Origin: Gemmatimonadota bacterium
GTDB taxonomy: Bacteria > JBHIER01 > G020348925
Length of the DNA: 39,658 nucleotides
Direction: 5' to 3'
Assembly: GCA_020348925.1 (NCBI GenBank)
Contig: CP070758.1
Span: 2,144,030 to 2,183,687 of the forward strand
In this document: positions 34,282 through 39,658 of the stretch, piece after piece
Layout: each line of letters opens with the position of its first letter
Position numbering within the stretch: position 1 is the stretch's first letter
Program-made: the position numbers and the translations under genes
Notes under the pieces: generated by a model
What the model was told of the DNA's origin: nothing
The model's database searches: none
Seen by the model: only the letters and a program-made list of their open reading frames with translations

Positions 34282-36654
34282 TTATTTAAACTCTCTCTTT
34301 CTCCAGTCCCTTCTCAATTTCGTCTCAAGAAAATCCTTTATCATCAGGCATTGTACGTTTTCAGGCACCTCGGTCTCGGCCAGCATACTCGCTCCTTCGG
34401 GCTCAAGTACCATTTCAGGGAAAGACAAGGTCAATATACCATCAGGCTCCAAAATGTACTCCGTGTCATAAAACACAACAGGAAGCGCTTCCGTCAGATC
34501 GGAGGCAGCCACAAGCGCTTTTCCATCATCGAAGTCATACCTCATCTGTATACGACCCAACTTTGTCAGGATGACAAACTGAAGTGTCCGGTAATACTTT
34601 AAAACAGCCGATGGTTGAAGTCGGAGACCATACCTGTCAAAGAACGGAGAGACACCGAGGAAATCCTGATAGAAATTTCGCACATATTCCGCCAGACTCC
34701 AGGCCTGGGTAAAGGTGCCGGTCACTTCCGGCTCAGTGTGATCGGGCTTCGGGGCCGCATCAACCAGCTCAGCAATTGTCCCCACAGCCCCTCTATTCAG
34801 TATCTGTTCGGTGAGTGCGTCGAAGAGAACATGGGGTACGAACGTCCGCCCACGACGACAGAATGCGGTGACAACCGGCCCGCTGTTCCACGTCCAGATG
34901 ATGCCGTTGTGATAGGACGCATCGTAGTGGTAGTTGGGATGGTGGTGATAGGGATGATAATTGACCTCTTCCTTCCACAACGATCCAACGCCGAAAGGAT
35001 AGACCAGTCGCTCAGCGAACAGATCAAGATCGACACGACCGAGACCGCCGTTCAGACCGGCATACAGGCTCCCTTTCGGAAACGGGTCTGTAAAGGGAAC
35101 CGTCAGGCAGAACACCTGATTGGGCCGGTACTGTAAATCCGGCGTTCCGTCCGGATCGAGGTGGTCGTAAATTCCCGAACGGTCGGTTGTAATAAAATGG
35201 GTTGAAAAGTTCTGGCGAATCCTCTCTGCGACATTGAGCCATCTCTCCATCACATCTGTTCTCTCCGCTGCAAGTTCCCCCAGCTTCACCCCGGCAATCA
35301 GCTGCGTATACCACAGGGCCTGGATGTCGCAGGCCCGATCCCCGCGTGAGGACCAGGGGACGGTTCCTTCGATCTTGGCATCCATCCACGTATCAGCACC
35401 ATCGTGCACCAGAAATCCGTTCTCATCAAGCCGATACCGGATCGTCCCTTCAATGGACCGTTTGACCACCGGAAAGATCTGTGAGGCGAAGGCCGTATCT
35501 CCTGAGTAGAGAACATACTCGTACGCCCCCCTCACAAACCACGGCGTTCCATCGGCCGTGTTGTAAATCACCTCGTCGGGACGAACCCGATTCGGAATCC
35601 GTCCGTCCAGGAAATCGGTATCATCGGTCATTTGGTAGGTGCCGAAATCCAGGAGAATCTCTCGTGCCCGTTCAAACTGACCTGTAACGAGCAAGGCGCC
35701 CGGTAGCGAGATAAAGGTATCACGACCCCAGTAATCGTTGAACCAGGGCAACCCGGCGAAGATGCCTCTTTTATCCTGATTCATGACCAGGGCGTCCAGG
35801 GAAATCTTGGCCCAGGAGAGGGCCGTGTTGAGATCCTCATTATTTGTATGAATGTAAGTCTCACGCAGAAGGTTTTCGAGGCGCGCGCTCTTTGTATCGA
35901 CGCCGATATTCGGCGATTGAAGAGTTTCTTGTATCAAACGGGCAACCGTATTCTTATCATGATCGGCCGCGAAAATAATATGAGCTTTCCCGTGAGATTG
36001 CACACTGAGACTTCCCAGGGTCTGAAGGTTATGAGGGACATACTCCGGCACACCAGGTTCGAATACACCCGACGCACCTGTGGATATGCCCAGCCATCGC
36101 GGCCTGCCGGGCTCATCCGGCAGAGTGAGCCAATCATCTTGTGTGACAAAGAGGACACCCTGTTCATCATCCCACTCGGCATTGCATTGGGCTTCACCCC
36201 TCGGAAAAACCGGCGTCAGTTTGAGCCCGCTGCCCCCTTCTACCTCGACGAGCAAAACCGTCCTATCATCAAGCAATGTCACCCTCTCTGTAATCTCACC
36301 ATAATCCCTCACCAACTGGTGGAAACAGACCGATGCATTGGCTTCGGATCGAGGGAGGAGACGATCATCAACGGATAGATAGTAATCATCAAGGAGTTTC
36401 ACCCTGTAATCGGTCAGACCTTGAAAAAAGTGATCGTTATAACCGTTCGTATTGCCGTAATAAAAAGCGGCTTGTTTGTTGGTGTACGAGAACTCCCGGT
36501 TGTTGCCAGGGTGAACCTCTATCTTCATGGACTCCGTCAATTGACGGCCCTCAGGGATTTCAAAAAGCACGGCTTTGGTCGCTCCTCTCCATGAAGTAAG
36601 AATTAGGATACAAAAACTCAAACGTAGTATTGAGGTAGAAAATCCTGCTCTCAC
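34282..36654 (-). CDS. Amylo-alpha-1,6-glucosidase (glycogen debranching enzyme GDE_C / GH133-like), apparently exported (790 aa from the GTG at 36654)
   Basis: GGGAG SD before the GTG; hydrophobic N-terminal segment. AGLPWFNDYWGRDTFISLPG, GRIPNR, YNTADGTPWF, TWMDAK, RPNQ, YHNGIIWTW, QAWSLAE. Confidence 0.88.
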   Translation of the reverse strand: MRAGFSTSILRLSFCILILTSWRGATKAVLFEIPEGRQLTESMKIEVHPGNNREFSYTNKQAAFYYGNTNGYNDHFFQGLTDYRVKLLDDYYLSVDDRLLPRSEANASVCFHQLVRDYGEITERVTLLDDRTVLLVEVEGGSGLKLTPVFPRGEAQCNAEWDDEQGVLFVTQDDWLTLPDEPGRPRWLGISTGASGVFEPGVPEYVPHNLQTLGSLSVQSHGKAHIIFAADHDKNTVARLIQETLQSPNIGVDTKSARLENLLRETYIHTNNEDLNTALSWAKISLDALVMNQDKRGIFAGLPWFNDYWGRDTFISLPGALLVTGQFERAREILLDFGTYQMTDDTDFLDGRIPNRVRPDEVIYNTADGTPWFVRGAYEYVLYSGDTAFASQIFPVVKRSIEGTIRYRLDENGFLVHDGADTWMDAKIEGTVPWSSRGDRACDIQALWYTQLIAGVKLGELAAERTDVMERWLNVAERIRQNFSTHFITTDRSGIYDHLDPDGTPDLQYRPNQVFCLTVPFTDPFPKGSLYAGLNGGLGRVDLDLFAERLVYPFGVGSLWKEEVNYHPYHHHPNYHYDASYHNGIIWTWNSGPVVTAFCRRGRTFVPHVLFDALTEQILNRGAVGTIAELVDAAPKPDHTEPEVTGTFTQAWSLAEYVRNFYQDFLGVSPFFDRYGLRLQPSAVLKYYRTLQFVILTKLGRIQMRYDFDDGKALVAASDLTEALPVVFYDTEYILEPDGILTLSFPEMVLEPEGASMLAETEVPENVQCLMIKDFLETKLRRDWRKREFK

Positions 36655-36717
36655 ATTAATGCTCCCACCCTGCCAGCCTCTCGCCAAGGCTTCTGCATGT
36701 CATTCCGGCTTCAGTGA

Positions 36718-36825
36718 TGTCATTCCGGTCGGAGTACCGGAATCTCCTCAATATAAAGGAACGTCTCATCTCTCTCCACTGCTGTCATTGTCGGTCGGAG
36801 ATTCCTGGACAAGCCAGGAATGACA
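36718..36825. repeat. Palindromic element of the GTCATTCC...GGAATGAC type (two internal hairpins), with a partial extra left end at 36698
   Basis: TGTCATTCCGG-tcggagta-CCGGAATCTCC ... GGAGATTCCTGG-acaag-CCAGGAATGACA; TGTCATTCCGG is repeated at 36698-36708. Confidence 0.75.
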
Positions 36826-36869
36826 GGCACAATTAAAAATGACTCAACGTAGTGATTAAAACCCCTTGC

Positions 36870-36904
36870 AAAGAAGGGAGGAGGTCCTTTCAAACCTCCT
36901 CCCT
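36870..36904 (-). terminator. Strong stem-loop after the CBM-dockerin-CTD gene (leaky terminator or mRNA 3' stabiliser)
   Basis: 11-bp perfect stem AGGGAGGAGGT / ACCTCCTCCCT with an 8-nt loop; only TCTTT follows on the minus strand. Confidence 0.55.
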
Positions 36905-36985
36905 CCTTCCGTTCGACTCAGGGCCGAGTCTCGAAATGAGGCACGTATGTCAACCGAGACATAGCTTGCCCCGTTCGATACCGTT

Positions 36986-39325
36986 CTACTTCATCAGCAC
37001 CATCTTTCTGGTCATAACAGAGTTGTCAGTTTGGAGCCGATAGAAGTAGATGCCACTGGCCATGTCACTTCCATCAAAGGTCACACTGTGAAAACCGGCT
37101 TCCATCTGGCTGTCAACCAGAACCTTCACCTCCTGACCCAGGACGTTGAAGACGCTCAACTTCACTTTGCCTGAGAGAGGCAAGGCGTACGCAATCGACG
37201 TCTCCGGGTTGAAGGGATTGGGATAGTTCTGGGCCAGGCTGTACTCCCCCGGCATCCCTATTTCGGCCTTGACGAGCGCCATGAACCTGGAGAAATCCTC
37301 CGGAGCCATATAGTCAGCCAGGGATTGCAGGAATTTCATAGCTTCCGCAGACACCTCAAGCTTCGCCGCGGCAGGCGGGCACGTGCCAATACCCAGGACA
37401 ACGTTGACGATGCCCAGAGCATCCAACACATCCCAGGCCCCGTCTTCGTTGCAGTCCGCAGTCCATATACCGGGAAGAGTCGTCGGGTCAGGCTCCGTGG
37501 CCAGGATAATATTCACGACATGAAGCACATCCAGGATGTCGACAGCGTGATCGAGATTGGCATCGCCCTTCAGCCAGGGCCGCTTCGCGTTGAAATCCCA
37601 GGTCCAGTACTGGGGCGGAGCGATATCTCCAAACTGGGCGTCAACTTGAGATTCCGCCTGACTGTCGTTGATATTCTCGATGTGGTTGTTCCCGTAACCA
37701 CCCTCGTTATCACCACCGTTGACGCCGAACTTGAACTCCTGACCGACCACGTCGGAACTGTCCACAAAATATGACTCGATACGGGTGTAGATACTGTCGC
37801 CGGCTGTCTCGTCCCCGTTGGTCCCGTCATCCACCATCCGCTTGTAGTCCAGGGTCATGAGATGGGCGCCCCAATCGGAGAACCCCTCGCCGTTGGACCA
37901 TCCAAACTCCGTCGCCGGCCCGTTCATGGCCACACCATAGGCAATAACATCATCCGGATTGCTGATATCCAGCGATCCCTGGATGTCGTAGAGGGTACTG
38001 CCCACGGCCACCTGGTAGATGGCCGGCCTGACGTCGCAGGTGAAGGTCACCCTCACATCCATGGCAATCACCGACGTGTTACGGAACAGGGGCATGCGGT
38101 GAACGTCATCCTCGCTGTCCACGATATCCTGAATGACGATGTTATTCCCCTCGACAGGATCATACACCCGCCGCTCCGCCTCACCGGCTGTCAAGCCAGT
38201 ATAGTAGAAGTTGTAGTATATCTCGCGGTAGTCGATATCATTCACGTTCTTGTAGTACTGGTAGTCCAGGAACTCGCCGATCGTCGTCATGATGGTGTCC
38301 GTGGCCGCGTAGATGTTGGTGAAGCCCTGACGCGTCATCGTCGCCGCATAAACCTCAGACGCCGTCCCGTAGTACCCACAGTTGACCACCAGAGGCTGGC
38401 CGTGGGCAAAACCATTGTTGGCAATGGCGTTGGACATGTCCGCCTCAAACCGGACGATAACCTCGTCCTCATGGATGGCGGTCACCGGACGGAGATTGTC
38501 GAACCAGAACCAGTGCAGGGTCGTGTCGGCACCGGTCAAGTCAATACGAAGCTGCTGCTGACTGGGATTGTAGACCATGTCGCCCCAGTCCTCCTCACAG
38601 GGGGCCCCAGCATTGTGCACCACCACCTTGAATTCGATCCCTGCACCAGCGTACGTATCAGGCACATGGATCGCGCCGCTGTAAAGGAATCGACCCGAAT
38701 ACTGCTGGCTGCCGCCGTTGACATGATCCGGCTCCGGACTGAGCCAGTGGGTGCAGCCCCAGCTGAGCTCGCCGGTCTGGCCCCAGTCGACGTAGTTGGA
38801 GCCCCGGATACCCACCTGATGAGTCGGCGAGAGATCCTCCCAACCCTGCATGTTCACCCGAACCCAGACCGCAAAGGTGCCTTCCACATCCTCCCAGGGC
38901 GTCGCCTCCGGATCACCAGAAAAAGTACCGTACACGAACTGCAGGGGAAGAACCGTGGCATCATCGGGAACGGTCAGTGTCCTGTTCGGATCGCCTTCCC
39001 AGCCCTGGTGTTCCCACTCCGCTCCCCCATAGACAGTGTCGTGGGAGGCGTTGGTGAAAAATTTGTACTGGATATTACTTCCTGCGGCGAAGTCCCACGA
39101 ACCTTCCCAGTAATCCCCGCCGACATTGTGCAGAAAAACCTCGGACGTCCCGTCCCACTCCAAGCCCCCGGCCACACCATCATCACCACGCATCTGAACG
39201 ACGGAGTTCGGTCCCATGGTATCAGGCACCGTGGCCGTATTCCCCACAAACGTAATCTGAACCGCACTGGCGGCCGTAAAAGCGGCCAACACGGTGAAAA
39301 CTGCAAACAAAGAAACCTTTCTCAT
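36986..39325 (-). CDS. Secreted, apparently non-catalytic protein: about 4 CBM20-like beta-sandwich modules + dockerin-like module + helical linker + T9SS/FlgD-type C-terminal sorting domain (779 aa)
   Basis: GAGGGG SD and a signal peptide ending ASA. Repeated V.ITF/V.VRF...G....W...Y/FKF pattern, and a DDGTNGDETAGDSIYT motif. Dockerin at ~37373-37570. Tail YSLAQNYPNPFNPETSI...VFNVLGQEV...ASGIYFYRL...RKMVLMK. Confidence 0.8.
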   Translation of the reverse strand: MRKVSLFAVFTVLAAFTAASAVQITFVGNTATVPDTMGPNSVVQMRGDDGVAGGLEWDGTSEVFLHNVGGDYWEGSWDFAAGSNIQYKFFTNASHDTVYGGAEWEHQGWEGDPNRTLTVPDDATVLPLQFVYGTFSGDPEATPWEDVEGTFAVWVRVNMQGWEDLSPTHQVGIRGSNYVDWGQTGELSWGCTHWLSPEPDHVNGGSQQYSGRFLYSGAIHVPDTYAGAGIEFKVVVHNAGAPCEEDWGDMVYNPSQQQLRIDLTGADTTLHWFWFDNLRPVTAIHEDEVIVRFEADMSNAIANNGFAHGQPLVVNCGYYGTASEVYAATMTRQGFTNIYAATDTIMTTIGEFLDYQYYKNVNDIDYREIYYNFYYTGLTAGEAERRVYDPVEGNNIVIQDIVDSEDDVHRMPLFRNTSVIAMDVRVTFTCDVRPAIYQVAVGSTLYDIQGSLDISNPDDVIAYGVAMNGPATEFGWSNGEGFSDWGAHLMTLDYKRMVDDGTNGDETAGDSIYTRIESYFVDSSDVVGQEFKFGVNGGDNEGGYGNNHIENINDSQAESQVDAQFGDIAPPQYWTWDFNAKRPWLKGDANLDHAVDILDVLHVVNIILATEPDPTTLPGIWTADCNEDGAWDVLDALGIVNVVLGIGTCPPAAAKLEVSAEAMKFLQSLADYMAPEDFSRFMALVKAEIGMPGEYSLAQNYPNPFNPETSIAYALPLSGKVKLSVFNVLGQEVKVLVDSQMEAGFHSVTFDGSDMASGIYFYRLQTDNSVMTRKMVLMK

Positions 39326-39404
39326 CGCTTTGTCCCCCTCAACATCTGAAGATTGAAAAAATAATTGGATGAACAAAGAAACCTCACCGTTTTGATCTGT
39401 GACC

Positions 39405-39462
39405 TCACCTCCTTTCACATATAATGTAAACCCTGAGTCTCTATCGCGGCATCACCTCCTTA
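39405..39462 (-). promoter_or_regulatory. Two extended Shine-Dalgarno-like boxes in the leader, far from the likely start codon
   Basis: Minus strand TAAGGAGGTGAT (39462-39451) and AAAGGAGGTGA (39415-39405); the likely ATG at 39325 has its own GAGGGG. Confidence 0.5.
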
Positions 39463-39479
39463 GCACGTGTTCCTTTCGC

Positions 39480-39658
39480 TTACTTAAAGAACACCAATTT
39501 TTTAAGATCCTTAAAATTTACAGTCTCCAGCTGACACCAATAGACTCCCGACGGCAGGTGGGATGGTGCTTCCCATTCGAACAGGTACTGGCCGGAGGCC
39601 AACTCTCCTTCGAAGAGCGTCTCGATCTCCTGACCCAGGAGATTGTAGATTTTCAAAG
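39480..39658 (-). CDS. 3' end of an upstream gene ending in a T9SS/FlgD-type C-terminal sorting domain (partial; not in the ORF track)
   Basis: Manual translation: LKIYNLLGQEIETLFEGELASGQYLFEWEAPSHLPSGVYWCQLETVNFKDLKKLVFFK*, with the TAA at 39482-39480. Confidence 0.85.
   Translation of the reverse strand, partial: LKIYNLLGQEIETLFEGELASGQYLFEWEAPSHLPSGVYWCQLETVNFKDLKKLVFFK

Noticed and set aside
36986-39325. This protein as a cohesin-bearing scaffoldin
   Set aside because: I cannot recognise cohesin signatures. The modules look CBM20-like and the protein itself carries a dockerin. A structure search is needed to exclude this fully.
37862-39349. 495-aa plus-strand ORF
   Set aside because: Antisense shadow of the CBM-dockerin-CTD gene.
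39451-39462. ATCACCTCCTTA as a 16S rRNA 3'-end fragment
   Set aside because: No flanking rRNA sequence; better explained as a minus-strand SD-like box.

Overview
Scaffolded bacterial DNA with a 100-N gap at 1279-1378. It is probably from a Gram-negative FCB-superphylum lineage such as KSB1 or a Calditrichota-like group. That assignment is inference, from a TonB-dependent receptor, T9SS/FlgD-type C-terminal sorting tails and strong AGGAGG Shine-Dalgarno use. The left 7 kb holds a partial TonB-dependent receptor, an attC-like inverted repeat, a DUF4412-like exported protein, an HPF/RaiA-like gene and a TPR / Tat-DUF362 / DUF6599 operon. The remaining ~32.5 kb (7083-39658) is one co-directional minus-strand alpha-glucan (starch/glycogen) locus. 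In transcription order it encodes: the tail of a T9SS-type protein; a non-catalytic multi-CBM-like protein with dockerin and T9SS-type tail; an exported amylo-1,6-glucosidase; a Na+/solute symporter; MalE/F/G-type ABC parts without an ATPase; a GH57 amylopullulanase-like lipoprotein; a GH13 lipoprotein; a 1284-aa modular GH13 with dockerin; a double beta-propeller with dockerin; GH31 with dockerin; a MapP-like EEP phosphatase with dockerin; a second GH13 lipoprotein; CBM48-GH63-like; glycogen synthase glgA; and a GH57 4-alpha-glucanotransferase. The standout observation is five dockerin-like modules, four with a co-varying Cys pair, on exported alpha-glucan proteins of a diderm. This suggests an amylosome-like complex or a dockerin-based sorting system, but no cohesin is visible in the window. 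Most spacers in the transporter part of the locus carry palindromic or heptamer repeats. No rRNA, tRNA, CRISPR array or transposase was seen. All family calls come from motif recognition by eye; no database search was run.
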